DNA of 63,928 nucleotides, filler included, from Olpidium bornovanus S191 (lineage: Eukaryota; Fungi; Olpidiomycota), in assembly GCA_017911155.1 (NCBI GenBank). It is 34 parts of 34 records of this genome, joined end to end, with 100 filler letters (N's around TTAATTAATTAA, not from the genome) between each part and the next. Parts side by side here need not be neighbours in the genome. Positions count along the whole stretch, not along the records: positions 1 to 2,717 come from JAEFCI010013172.1; positions 2,818 to 4,326 come from JAEFCI010010748.1; positions 4,427 to 5,479 come from JAEFCI010004679.1; positions 5,580 to 7,885 come from JAEFCI010001002.1; positions 7,986 to 9,395 come from JAEFCI010007515.1; positions 9,496 to 12,816 come from JAEFCI010000786.1; 28 more parts are not named here. One strand, written 5' to 3'. The position numbers and the translations under genes are program-made. The notes under the pieces are model-generated. The model worked only from the letters and a program-made list of their open reading frames with translations, made no database searches and was not told where the DNA came from. Of this stretch, positions 1 to 11,956 are shown piece after piece. Numbering within the stretch: the stretch's first letter is position 1; every line of letters begins with the position of its first letter.

Positions 1-1257
1 CATGCCAGACTCCAGCAATTGTTGGCGACGGATATCAGCCTGCCGCTGCGCCTCCTTCTGCGCCTTCGTGAGCAGCTTGCCCTCTTTGCGGAGTTGTTCA
101 CGCTTTGCCTGGAGCGCCGGCAAGTTAACTTCCACTCCGTCCGCGCACCGGCAACCCCGACGCACTGCGGTCGTTCCTGACCTTCTCTTTTTCCTTTTTC
201 CGCTGCTTCGCCTCTTCCTTTCGACGTTCCTCTTCTTCTTCTGCCTTCCTTCTCTCCTCTTCCAATCTCTCTAGCTCCTCCTGTTTCCTGCGCATTTCTT
301 CTTCTGCGGCACGCTGCGCCTCGACCATTTGCTGGAGCCCGGGAGCGATAATCAGTCGCCGAATAATAACGGGGCTCGGTGCGCTGGTATGAGTGTAAAC
401 CTCACCTGAAGAGCAGCAACGTCGGGCCCCTTCCGCTTGCCTTTTCCGGCTTCCTTCTTTTTTTTCTTCCCTCCCGAAGTCGGCTCCTCCGGTTCGTTCT
501 CCTCAGGCGGCGGCGTGGCCTGCACAAACGGTTCGGGACCGGGAGACGCCCCGGCCGCGCCGGCCGCGCCCTGCTTTGCAGCCTGCTTTGCGGCCTGCTT
601 CGCGGCCTGCTGACGCTTCTCCTCCTTCTGTCTCTCCTTCTTCTCGCGCTCTTTTTCTTTCTTCGTCTTCAGACGTGGGGTGCCTTCGTCTTCGTCCGCC
701 GCCGCCGCGGTCCTCGCCTCCAAGTCATCCGCTCCGGCGGCCAAGGACGCGGCCTTGGCCTTTTTGTTCTTCGTCCGGTTTGCAGCCTTTGCGATCTGCG
801 CCATAAAATCGTCGTCGCCGTCGCCGTCGCCTGCCGCGACGTCTGCGGCCCGCACGGGGGTCGCGTGGCCGGAGGCTTCCGCGGAGTCTGCCGGGGACGG
901 CGCACCGCCCGAAGCCTCCGCATCGTGGTTGAACTCGGTTTCCCTAGAAAGCGGTGCCCCCCGTGGAGGTTGAAAAAAGAAGCAGTCGGGCCGTCAGCGC
1001 AAAGGGGTGACGGCGCGGACCGGGTGCGCTTTTTTTGGTTCACCCGGGGCTTCGGAGTCGCCAGGCGCGCGGGGATCGCCCACGGAGCAAGTCGCCCTGA
1101 GATTGGGCGCGAGGAAAGGTCGCGCGCCCTGCTGCTGTTTGCTCCAGCATCCCCTTTTGTCTGACATCCGCGGCCGCCACGGGGACCGGGAGCGCCCCGC
1201 CGGGACGCACCAGTAGTCATCGAGCTTCTTCTTCCCTCCCTTTTTTTTCGGCGGCAT
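1..1257 (-). CDS. FUN12: Translation initiation factor eIF5B, N-terminal part (3' truncated by contig end)
   Basis: GT-AG exons 1257-1211, 943-406, 331-182, 108-1 splice in phase. They give MPPKKKGGKKKLDDYWETEF...LKTKKEKEREKKERQK...AALQQMVEAQ...EEAKQRKKEKEKAKREQLRKEGKLLTKAQKE...RRQQLLESG, paralleling the K/E-rich N-terminus of yeast Fun12. Confidence 0.9.
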
Positions 1258-1815
1258 GCTGCTGCTAGACGGAAACGAGGCTGTTCTGGGTTACTCTGTT
1301 TCTGTTACACTCGCAGCGGCGAGTTTCCGTTTCCTTGCGGGGGCAAAAAGGGCCGGGCGGGCGGGGGAGGGGCGGCAGGCAAAATTTTTGCGGGTTGGCG
1401 GATTGCCCGCCGCGCACGTGACTGCAACGTGCTTCGGAGTGACTTGCGCTCCGTTCAGTTGCACCTAGACCCCGCTTGCTGGGACGATCTTGGTTTTGTT
1501 TCTTTCGCCAATTCTCACCAGATTTCCTTTTATTTACATCCATCCGGCACCCACGGCCAACAGGACCCAAAAGCTGAAATACAGACTTGCACGTGCAAAT
1601 AAAGCACACTGGCATAACGCACGAGATTACGGAACGTGTGCCGCGTTCGCAAGTGGGAGCATTTATTGAGTTTTCCGCGGTCGAGAAATTGCCAAAATGA
1701 TACATATTCTATAGGAAAGAATACATATTCTATTGGAAAAAATATACGAACATCATCATCCTCGGCGGAGTTGGCAAACCATCGCGGAGGTTCCGCGCAG
1801 GATGCTCGTCGCCGT

Positions 1816-2557
1816 CTATTCCTCCGCCTTTGCGGCAATGGCGGCTTGCATCTTATCAAAAGTTTCTCTGGTAATCCACACTGTTTGCGACCGCAGAAGG
1901 CCGTGCGGGGCGTACTTGTCGTCGGGCGCGCCGTGCGCGTGCTGGTTGTCGACATTCTCTAAGGCGGTCACTTGGATTTGAACCGAACCCCCGGACGTGC
2001 GCCATTTAGCGAAACAGGTCCTTACAACGCCCGAAGCCCAGCGGAAAAAAAAAACCAACCGAGGGAGGAAAGAACACTCACTGGGGTTCACGGCCGACGA
2101 GGAGCCAAATTGGCGGAAGGTGAAGTAGGCCGCGGTGGCGACGGCGGCGCCAGCGGCGCTGCGCAAAACATCGTTGTTGTGGGACAAAGACGCAAATTGT
2201 TCCGGCCTTGCGTCCACGGCGCGGTCGACGCGATCGGACGCGCGAACCAAGGGGAAGCCGTTACTTACCCATACTTGCGAAAACGGCGGGCGGGCAAGGG
2301 TTAGAGAATACTGAGGCCTGACGAAATGCGCCCGGAGAACCCTGCAAAAAAATCTCACCTGCAGTAAGTCGGCCTGGTCCAGCAGAAAGCCCTGGGTTCC
2401 CGCAAATGAAAAAGAAGCAAGCTGAGCACGGACTGTCCGCGTTTTATCGAATAGCCCGCTGGCGGAAAAACGCACGTGGGGGAAGTGGGCGGCGGACGGA
2501 CGCTCGGGAAGCGGATAGGAAGGGCGGCGGTACCTTGAGCGCCTTCGCCGCGTTCAT
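1816..2557 (-). CDS. Hypothetical 93-aa protein with one hydrophobic segment, five-exon model
   Basis: Exons 2557-2534, 2391-2359, 2273-2269 (5 nt), 2158-2082, 1958-1816, all GT-AG and phase-consistent. Product: MNAAKALKGFLLDQADLLQYGAAGAAVATAAYFTFRQFG...VWITRETFDKMQAAIAAKAEE*. Family not recognised. Confidence 0.5.
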
Positions 2558-2572
2558 TGTCTCCTGGGTTTT

Positions 2573-2632
<60 letters not shown>

Positions 2633-2717
2633 GGGGCCGCCGCGGGGGGGGGGGGGGGGGCGGGGGGGGGGGGGGGGGGAAAAAAAAAAAAAAAAAAAAA
2701 AAAAAGAAAAAGAAAAA

Positions 2718-2817
2718 NNNNNNNNNNNNNNNNNNNNNNNNNNNNNNNNNNNNNNNNNNNNTTAATTAATTAANNNNNNNNNNNNNNNNNNNNNNNNNNN
2801 NNNNNNNNNNNNNNNNN
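2718..2817. other. Artificial contig linker (first of 33): 44 N + TTAATTAATTAA + 44 N
   Basis: Identical 100-nt blocks start at 2718, 4327, 5480, 7886, 9396, 12817, 14818, 16712, 19264, 20762, 22974, 24626, 26665, 28549, 29722, 32268, 34375, 38128, 39372, 40839, 42315, 43878, 45493, 47881, 48990, 50742, 51926, 53099, 54318, 56260, 57393, 60089 and 61418. The 12-mer places stops in all six frames. Confidence 0.99.
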
Positions 2818-4059
2818 CATGATCGACGGCGGCCCCCTGCCGGATCCGATGGAGGCCGGCGCAGCCGGGAAGACCGGGCACTTCCATATCTTGATGGTCT
2901 TGTCGCTGGAACCCGTGACCAAGATGGTGCTGTTGTAACGCAGGCAAGTCACCGCGCCGCTGTGCGCAGGACACTTTATGACCAGGCAACCGGTCAGGAA
3001 CTTCCAACCGTAAACGTGCTTGTCCGAGCATCCCGCGATGACCTTGGGCATTTCTCAAGATGCGGAAAATTCGTAATTATGCGCGGGAAGCGAGGCATGG
3101 TGCGGGGGCGAAAAGGTGGGAAGGCGGGCCCAGGAGTCAACCACCTCCGCGCGCGAACAAAACCCGCCGTCGGGCGTGACTCGTCTCCCCAACCCCCCGC
3201 TTCCCTCCTTTTTTTCCACCTTGGTCTGGTCGAATTGCACGCAGTTGACGGCGCCTTCGGAGCCCGCGAGAGTTCTCTTCTTTTCGCCGTCGCGGACGTC
3301 CCACACGGCGCAGGTCCTGTCGGCGGAGGCTGTGACGGCAAACCTGCCGTCGTAGGCGAGGGCGAGGACGCTCTCGCGGTGCGCCGCAGTCCTCCTCGCC
3401 CTGAACCTGCCGCGCACCCAGTTGCGGACCGAGTGCAGGCGCCGGGCGTTGGCCGCCAGCCTCTGCGCCGGCGAGTAGTACACGTCGCACATGGCCTGGA
3501 GGCCGAGGTCCGCGTACAGCCGCGCCCACAGCTCCGGCTCCCGGACGATCCTTGCCCAGCTCCGGCTCACCGCCGCGGCGGTGCAAAGGTCGCCGGCGGG
3601 CACGTGCAGGATCACGCGGTGGGCGAGGTCCCGCGGCAGGAGCACGAAGAAGTCGCGGTGCAGGGTCGGGAGCGTCCTGTAAAGCATCGCCATGTCCCCG
3701 GGGTCGCACTGCTTCAGCAGCGCCAGCAGGAAGTGGTGCCGCCTCCGCGCCGACATGCGCGGGAACCGCTGCAGCACCGTGTACGTCAGCAGGAAGTCCT
3801 GGGAGTCCCGGTCCTCGGCGGAGATCTCGTCGCCCTGCGGCGGCGGCGGCGGCGGCGTCGACGGCGTTTGCGACGGCTCACCCGCGCCGCAGCGGTCTGC
3901 GGCCCGTCCCGCGCCGGCGCCGGCGCCCGTCCGGGAGGCGCCGGGGACGGCGGTCGAGGCGCGGCGGCCGCCGGAAAACAGCGGCGCGCCGCCGCCGCCG
4001 GGGAGGAGACGGACGCCCGCTCCCGCGATGCTGGCCGCGCGCGCCCTCTGCCTGCTCAT
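2818..4059 (-). CDS. F-box/WD40-repeat protein (beta-TrCP/Cdc4/Met30-like SCF substrate receptor), 3' partial
   Basis: Exons 4059-3220 and 3042-2818. F-box DFFVLLPRDLAHRVILHVPAGDLCTAAAVSRSW is followed by WD repeats (AHRESVLALAYDGRFAVTASADRTCAVWD; AHSGAVTCLRYNSTILVTGSSDKTIKIW). Confidence 0.88.
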
Positions 4060-4263
4060 GCTAGAGTTTTGTTTTCTTTTGCCGCCCTCGTTGTTTTTTG
4101 TTTTTTTTTTCGGGTAGGGAGAAGGAAACGGGCTGCTGGGGAGGGGGGTGGGAAGGTGGGACCGGGGGAAGGGATGTGGGGACGGTTGGATGTCCCGTGG
4201 GGGCTTTTTTGGATGCGGGCGGGCGTGGGCCGGGCTGCGCGTTCGCGCGTTTGCTTCCCTTTT

Positions 4264-4309
<46 letters not shown>

Positions 4310-5230
4310 CCCCCCCCCCCGGCGGGNNNNNNNNNNNNNNNNNNNNNNNNNNNNNNNNNNNNNNNNNNNNTTAATTAATTAANNNNNNNNNNNNNNNNNN
4401 NNNNNNNNNNNNNNNNNNNNNNNNNNCCCCCGAGGCCAACACAGCCCCAGAGGCCACCGCCCCAGGGCCAACACAGCCCCGAGGGACCCACTGGGTCCGC
4501 CCTGCTACTGCATGGTGCTAGCTCAATGGCTAATACAATAGACTGTAAGGACGTTGGTCTATGTCTAGCTATGACTCGCCAAGGGAACTCGGTGTCTCGT
4601 GGAGCGGCCTCCACCATTCGGCTTGACCGAGTTGGCAAGAAGACACTCGTTTTCGAGATGACCGGGTGGGACCGCGTCGCCTCCGCGCATGCAAAGGCTA
4701 ACAAGAGCCTTCAGAACCTCTGCACCAAGGTCGGCACCGTGTTGCACAAGACCGGTGTCGAGGAACATAACCCTCCGTCGAGGGGTAGCAGGAAGGCGGG
4801 ATGGCTAGGGCCCTGGCTGTGAAGGAGGGCGGCGACGGCGGTGCGCAGGACATGCCTTCCTCTTCCGAACGACTCATGATGCCCTCCTGCGTCTGTGCCT
4901 AACCAACCCCTTCGATAGACCCTTCGAAGAGGGGTAAGACGCGTTGCCCTCTTGCTTCTTTCCCTACTCCCCCTCCGCTGACACTTACGCCTTGTCCCAA
5001 GGAGCACGCCGACGCCGTTCGTAGGCGCCACGGTCACTAGGCAGCCGAAGGCGGGTGGGTTCCTTTCGTTTGTTTATTATTCTGTGATTATGTGCGAGAG
5101 AAAAACGTGCAAGCTATTGTTTTTGAAGGGGGGGGGGGGTGCTATCCTAGGCTGGCCCGGCGAGGCAAAAGAAAAGGAAAAGCAAAGAAAAGGGAGGCCA
5201 ACAGGGAGGAGTGCAATTATTTTATATGAC

Positions 5231-5328
5231 CCTCCCGTCTTCTCCTCCTCGACATTCTCGTAGAACATGTTGATTTTCTCGTACTTGGGGATGACGTACA
5301 TGTGCCAGCACGCTTCGGCGAATGCGAG
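5231..5328 (-). CDS. Probable isolated internal exon of an unidentified protein
   Basis: TTTCAG acceptor, then LAFAEACWHMYVIPKYEKINMFYENVEEEKTG with C/G-ending codons, then a GT. Family not recognised. Confidence 0.35.
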
Positions 5329-8088
5329 CTGAAAGTGCGGGTGGAAGCGTCGGCCTGTGCATGTTGACGATGGGCTTCATCGTGCATTTTGTACTTTCGG
5401 TGCCGTGGTTGTCATACTCCGTGTCGTGTGCCTGCTACTCGTGGGTGCCAGCTTGTTGCCGTTGTGGTGTGCCGCGCAGNNNNNNNNNNNNNNNNNNNNN
5501 NNNNNNNNNNNNNNNNNNNNNNNTTAATTAATTAANNNNNNNNNNNNNNNNNNNNNNNNNNNNNNNNNNNNNNNNNNNNCCGGCGGCGGCGCGCGCCGGA
5601 AATGGACCCCTCCCTCGTGGAAGGTCCCGAGAGAGAGCGATCGTCTCAGATAACACGAAACGCGAGCTAGAAGCTGACGTGCGGAAGTTGAGCGGCGGGG
5701 TTTTGTCGCGAAAAGCGGCGCGGACGCTCCCTCACCGGGGGGCCAGGAAATGCTCACGATCGACGGGTGCGAGAGCATGCTGGACATGCGTTTCGCAAGG
5801 TACATCTTCTGCGGACCCGCTTTGCGAGACCTGATTCGCGGCTCTTCCCGGCGAGCGACGGACTGCGCCGGATGTCGTTGCGGCCGGGGCTCCTGCCGGG
5901 CTCAGTAATTTCTCGGTGCAGTATGGACTCTGGCTTTCAAAACGAGCCCCCGACCGCGTTGTATTCGGGACGACCACAGCTGGGGCCGCCCGCGGCGGCC
6001 AATAATTGTAAAGAATCCCTGTTTCAGTCGGACTTTCCTGGCGGCTCTCACGCTTTTTGCTGCCAAACATGGAGGCTTTTGCGGTGAGCGCGTCACAATG
6101 TGAACGCGTGATTTCTCGGTCAAGCTCGGGCCTAAAAATAAATCTTCCTCGTCATGCGCAACGTCCGCATAGCACCGGCCATCCGCGTGAAACACTTGTA
6201 TCGATCTCCTCGCAAATCGCAAAGTGAAATATAAAGTTGCGGGAGCTTGTGTAGCCCAAAAGATTAGAATCGAGGGTCTGGCTTGTCGCGAGTCTAACAC
6301 TAACCGCTGTTTACGTGCAGGAGCCTCAGGCACTATTCCCGTGACCGTGCGCCTTTCCATCTTTCGCCGCTGCACTGTCCGCAAGCTTGAGGATACGATG
6401 CGATCCTCCGAGCCGCGAGCGCGAGCTTGTTCCTCAGCAAAACCTCCTTAGTAAGGGCGGCGGGGTGAGTTTGTTTTTTTTTTCTCCGCAGACTCCTTCC
6501 TGCCGTATCACATAGATTGGCCCCTGCCTGCTTAGCCATATCTGCCAAATTTTCCAAATACACATCCGGTGTCAAAGGGACTCAAGGGACTTTATCGTCA
6601 CTTCCTACGAACGGTCGCAAACGCGGGTTGACGGTTGGCCTGCGTTTCAAACAGCTCCCCGTCGGGGGTTCTCTTGGGACGGCCGTTGGACGTTTTACGC
6701 ACGCGACGTACGCCCGGCCACATGGAAACACTGAAAACCTCCGGCTATTTTGGAACCTTAATCCGCTTTCACAGCTCGAAACGCAGGTCGAGAGAAGTTG
6801 TTCCCTTCTGTCAACCAATCGAGCACGTACGTGAGGGCCGGAAAAACCGCTCGACGGACCTTGCCCCGTCGGCTGCCACTTTTACCACCGAAGTGCGCCC
6901 CGCGTGTCGATGCTCGTGCTTCTTCCGTTTCTGCGCGTTTGTTTTCGTTTGGCCACGGTTTTTGTCATCACCATCGCATTTTCCACTGCTCCGTCCTACC
7001 TCGTTCCCCGTCCACGATAATGTTTTTGGATCGGCCGAATTTTGGCATCGCGCGCGCCGCCAGATGCCATGAGGTATTCCGGACTTTTGTTGGCGAAATC
7101 GAATAACGCGGCAGTTTTTTAGGGCACCGCCTGTACGAGCCGGACAAAAAAAAATGCAGTTCGCGTCGGCGGCAAGAAGTCCTAGTATGGTGCACCGAGC
7201 GAGCTTCTTGGTTCCCGCGGTCTTTGCGTTCTCCCGCGCTAAACATGGCCAGATGAGGCGGCGCCGGGAACTTGCAGTTTCGTCAACATCATCAAACGCT
7301 TGTTTGCCGGTTCCCATCGGGAGACGGGAATTTCCGCGCAGGGCCCATGTGTCGACGAACGGCACAACGGCGTTTGTGGGCGGACGCGACCTCCAGCCGA
7401 ACCGCCGCAAGATGCGGTCAGGGAAACTCAATATTAACATCTACCCCCTCTCCCCATCCCCCATCGTTATCGCAACACGGCAAGCGCCACAGCGTTGAAA
7501 GTGCGTGAGGGCGATGCAGGTGGTGCTTTAAACGTTTCCGCGCGGCCCCTGTAGAAAGCATGGTAGCCGCCGTTACTGACCCACGAGTTCCTGGGAGCGG
7601 AGCACCGTCGTATTCGACAATGCCTTTCAACTGACTCGCTGTCTGCCAAAACCTTGGGATGCGAAAGTGCTGCTCGTGCAGAAAACGTCCCGTGGCCGAT
7701 GCGTCTCTTGCCCTAGGCGGTGTAGAACAGCGCTGCCGCAGCTCATTTTGCGACCGAGAGAAGGGTCGATGAGCATAGTTTTTCTCGGTGGAATTCCCAT
7801 TCCCTTTTGTAATGTTATTCTTGATGCCAGGTTTCCCGGAGACACGTAAACATTTACAATTAAGCAGAGGCGTTGTCTCCATGAANNNNNNNNNNNNNNN
7901 NNNNNNNNNNNNNNNNNNNNNNNNNNNNNTTAATTAATTAANNNNNNNNNNNNNNNNNNNNNNNNNNNNNNNNNNNNNNNNNNNNATAGATAACTTCTAT
8001 GGCGAGGGAACGTCGCATTCCAAGATATCACAGCAGAACCTGGGAAGGGCGAGTATCGGCTTCCCTTCCCCCCCCCCCCCCCAAAAAA

Positions 8089-8135
<47 letters not shown>

Positions 8136-8165
8136 TCCCCCCTGGGCGAACGACAGCCGGGCGCA

Positions 8166-9338
8166 ATGTCCAGAAGAGGAGGAGGAGCAGGAGCGCACCG
8201 CGGAGGCGCCGGAGGCTTTAGGGGCCGGGGCGCACCGCGCGGAGGTGCGAGGGGGAGAGCGAGCGAAAAAGGAGACAGATAGAGGAAACAGGCCTCACGC
8301 CTCCCGCCAGCTCCGCCGAACGATTCTAACGCGCGTTTCCTCTATCCCTTCCCCCACTTCTCCCTCGCTCGCTTCTGTCTCTAGGTCGCGGCGGCGCTCG
8401 AGGAGGGTTTGGGAACTTTGGACCGCCGGACCAAGTCTTCGGTGGGGTCTCCCCTCCTTACCCGCCCCCGTTCTCGTTTCTTCGTGGCTGTCGGCCGTCG
8501 AAATAACGCCTTTGGAGAGAACGCTGGAATTGTTCGCGTTCCCTGTCGATAACCCCCTGCTTTCCTGTCTTGGAGCCTGCGCTGCGGAACCCGTTATTTC
8601 ACGCACTGTTCGTCCCTCTAAGCCTCTTTCTGTCTCCTCTCTCTCTCGCTCTCGGCTTTCCCAGAAATGGGAGCGTTCCTGCACTCCTGCGAAGGCGACA
8701 TGGTGTGCCGCTCCACGAACGCCAAGATACCGTACTTCAATGCCCCGATTTACCTGGAGAACAAGTCCCAAATCGGGAAGGTCGAGGAGATCCTCGGCCC
8801 GATGAACGAGGTGTACTTCACCGTCAAGCTCCAGGAGAACATTGCGGCGGCCAGTTTCAAGGCCAACGACAAGGTGTACATCGCCGGCGACAAGCTGCTT
8901 CCGCTCGAGAGGTTTCTCCCGAAGCCGAAGGCGCCCGCCGGTGGCATCCAGAAGCGCGGCGGGCTGCAGGGGATGAAACCCGCGAGAGGCGGCGCGGCGT
9001 CCAGGGGCCGCGGCGCGGGGCGAGGGGGGGCGCGTGGAGCCGGCGGTGCGTTTCGAAAACGAACATTCGTCGCTGCTTTTTTTTTCTTCTTTTGGTTGCA
9101 TTTTTCAGCGGGAGCGTCGGCCGGCCGGAAGAAAAACCGTTTATACCTTTGAGCTGACACTTTTGCGCTGTCTTTTGATTTACTCTTGCGTCTGTGTCGC
9201 GGAATTGGAAAAAAAAAATAAATAAATAAAGGACGAGGCGGTTTCGCTGCGAGGGGCGGAAGAGGAGCTGGGATGCGGGGCAGGGGTGCCCCTCGAGGAG
9301 GCGGCTCTCGCGGAGGCGGCCGCGGCCGCGGTTATTAG
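8166..9338 (+). CDS. GAR1: H/ACA snoRNP subunit Gar1, complete four-exon gene
   Basis: Exons 8166-8244, 8385-8441, 8665-9045, 9232-9338. RGG-rich ends flank the core [63 protein letters not shown]...[14 protein letters not shown]. Confidence 0.97.
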
Positions 9339-9495
9339 GAATAGTTCGCCGCGATGTAAATAAATGTTGCTGGTACCAGTCGAGGGCTCGCCATGNNNNN
9401 NNNNNNNNNNNNNNNNNNNNNNNNNNNNNNNNNNNNNNNTTAATTAATTAANNNNNNNNNNNNNNNNNNNNNNNNNNNNNNNNNNNNNNNNNNNN

Positions 9496-9532
<37 letters not shown>

Positions 9533-10319
9533 GGTTCGTGACTTCAAAAAAGGGCTGAACCCTCGTCAAACTGCGCAGGGCCACGCGCAACGGGAGTGCG
9601 CAACGACGCCACACAAGGCAGGAGTCGGCGCCGGCAGACGAGGCGGCTAAGGAAAATAGCGCCGAGCAAGGCAAACGAAGGGAAAGGGGTGGGGAGGGGG
9701 GGATCAGAATCCTGCGGACGCAAGACCCGCAAACACCGCCCGATTACGGGCGGCGACAGCGCGCCCGCTCCGGATGTCGCCAGCATTATTATTATTATTA
9801 TTATTAGCATTATTTCTGTTGTACGTCCACCAATTCGATTGCCTTTCCTTCGGTGCGGTCCTACGGCCGCCTCTTTTTGCCGTTTTGGCCGCACGAAACG
9901 CCTTTTCTGAGAGTTTGACCTGACGTGCTCGGCAGCAAGCGCGAAAGAAGATCAATACCCGCCTAAAACCGTCTTAAACACAACAAAAAAAGAAATAGAG
10001 CCACAAAATTTTGGACCTGCGCTCCGCGGGAAACCGGCGCGGCCCCACTGGCCGACCCCTGCGGAGGATATAAAAAAGGAAACAAAATGTTTTTTTTTTT
10101 TTTTTTTTTTTTCCTGCTGCGCGGATCTACAGCGGACATTCGTGCAGGAGCGCCTGCGCCGGGGGGGAGGGGGGGTCGAAAAGTTGTTCCGCTCGCGTCA
10201 GCCCCGCGGGCCCCTTCGAAGAGGGGCTCGCCCGCCCGCGGGCCGTTTTCCTCCCGCGCCACCCGCCACGAATCGAAGGAGGGGGGGGGGAAGGGGGGGG
10301 TGGGCGAAAAAAAACTGAC

Positions 10320-11065
10320 CATCTCCACGGCCGCCGCTCCCCAGTCCTCGCCGTGGTTGTGGCCCCTGTTCCCGCCCTTCCCGATGCCCGCCCGCTCGAA
10401 CGCCTGGTCCTCGGTGAGGCAGGTGAGCACGCCGAAGATCACGGGGGTCCCGGAGTCGACGCCGAGGCGCATGAGGGCGCCGGCGACGGCGTCGGATATG
10501 TACTCGAAGTGCATCGTGCTGCCCTTGATGAGCACGCCGATCGGAATGACGGCGTCGACCCTCGGTCCCTCTTCCCTCGACCGCGCGATCAGCGTCTTGG
10601 CCGCGAACGGCAGCTCGTACGACCCCGGCACCGAGCACGTCACGACGTTCTCCGGCTTGCCCCCGTACTTCGACACCATCGTGTCGCGCGCGCCGTTCAC
10701 CAGCGCCTCCACGATCGGGTAGTTCCACCTTTTGTTTTCTCCCCCGCGGAGAAAGAGCGTCGGGCGCGGAGGGGACGGTTTGAGCCGGCCCGTCCCCGGC
10801 CCCCCCAAAAGAACGCGCGCGCGCAAGTCGCGAAGACGGACGTATCGGGGCGAGACCCCCCCCCCCCCTCCCCCCCCGAGAGGGGTGGGCGCGGAGGAAG
10901 AGAAAAAAACGGAAGCAGGGTTTACGTCCGCTTCGTGCGGGGCCAAAGCTGACGTGGCCCCCCCTCGTCCCCCGTTCCCCACCTGGTGTGTATGATGAGT
11001 ATCCGCAACGGCGAGCCGTCGAGCTTTCGCGTCGGCGGCAGCACTCCCTTGGCGAACTCGGCCAT
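10320..11065 (-). CDS. RIB4: 6,7-dimethyl-8-ribityllumazine synthase; last exon unresolved
   Basis: Exons 11065-10983 and 10728-10320 give RILIIHTRWNYPIVEAL...VPGSYELP...AVIPIGVLIKGSTMHFEYI...PVIFGVLTCLTEDQAFERAG...HNHGEDWGAAAVEM, which are lumazine synthase motifs. Confidence 0.95.
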
Positions 11066-11134
11066 GGCTTTTTTTTTTTTTCTTTTTTTTCCGAGAAGGG
11101 CCCCGGCGGCGTGGGGTGGGGGGGGGGGGGGACC

Positions 11135-11172
<38 letters not shown>

Positions 11173-11956
11173 AAAAAAAAAAACAAACTCCCCGCCCCCC
11201 GGGGGGGCGAGAACCCCCGCCGCGCCTCAAGCCGGTCGACCGCCCGCCGCCCGCGCGCCACGCCGCACTGGGTGGAGCCGGGCTGATTTACAGAACCCTA
11301 ATCCAAACCCCTGGCGGCTAACCCAAACCCCCCCAAACTGACCTTAGCCGTTGTTTGGGGGAATCGCCGCCGCCGACGCGCCGCCCCCGCTCTCCAAGGA
11401 GGCAGCAACTCCCGAGGATACCAAATGCCGCTTTCTCTGCAATACGACACCGGGAGGACTCGTCACGTAGCACCGGTGTCTCTCAGGTCGTTGGGCGGGA
11501 CTTTGGAATCGGCAATGTCACGCCATGCGGGAAGGAGTTGGAGGTGAGAAGTGTCGTCGACTTCTCTGTGCGATATTCGCAGCCTGTCTGTCTTTTCCCG
11601 CCCCGTTTACAGGCGGCGTCGTTTAGATTTCTCCAGAAAAAAAACGGGGACCTTTAGGAATTTTTCATGGGATGGCGGCACAAGCAGGTGGGTAGACTAT
11701 CTAACGTAGATTAAGGATTAATGGATTGTATGGGATGCTCACCGCTAAGTAAACCGGCAGGGAGGCATGTAATTTCGTGTAACGGGGACAAAACGAATCT
11801 CCTTTTATAAATTTTTTAAACGAAAAATATCTCAACAAGGATCTCAATGGATCCACCCCGGCTGCCTCGTAAACAGCTTCCGTTCCAAAACCCGGCTCCC
11901 GGGGAGATTCCTTTTTTCCCCCGGCTCCCCCGGCATTCGAAATGACCCGCCATTTG

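Noticed and set aside
2762-2773. TTAATTAATTAA as a biological motif (PacI-like site, piggyBac TTAA, homeobox site)
   Set aside because: It occurs only centred in N blocks with fixed spacing, so it is a synthetic six-frame stop linker.
2962-4374. 470-aa plus-strand ORF; likewise 16917-18389, 10353-10952, 12018-12872, 15365-16126, 44251-44979 and 62503-63153
   Set aside because: Antisense or off-frame shadows of real genes in GC-rich DNA, with R/G/P/A-biased translations and no domains.
4513-4600. tRNA-Tyr-like segment (GCTAGCTCAATGG...GACTGTAA)
   Set aside because: No GAGC to close the D-stem, no GTTCRA T-loop and no acceptor-stem partner.
5580-7885. Protein-coding gene in this contig
   Set aside because: Only short, mutually overlapping ORFs, with no convincing splice model or motif. 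Left unannotated.
11290-11350. Telomere-like AACCCTAA/CTAACCC motifs upstream of RIB4
   Set aside because: Only scattered single, imperfect units with no tandem TTAGGG array; not distinguishable from C/A-rich promoter sequence.
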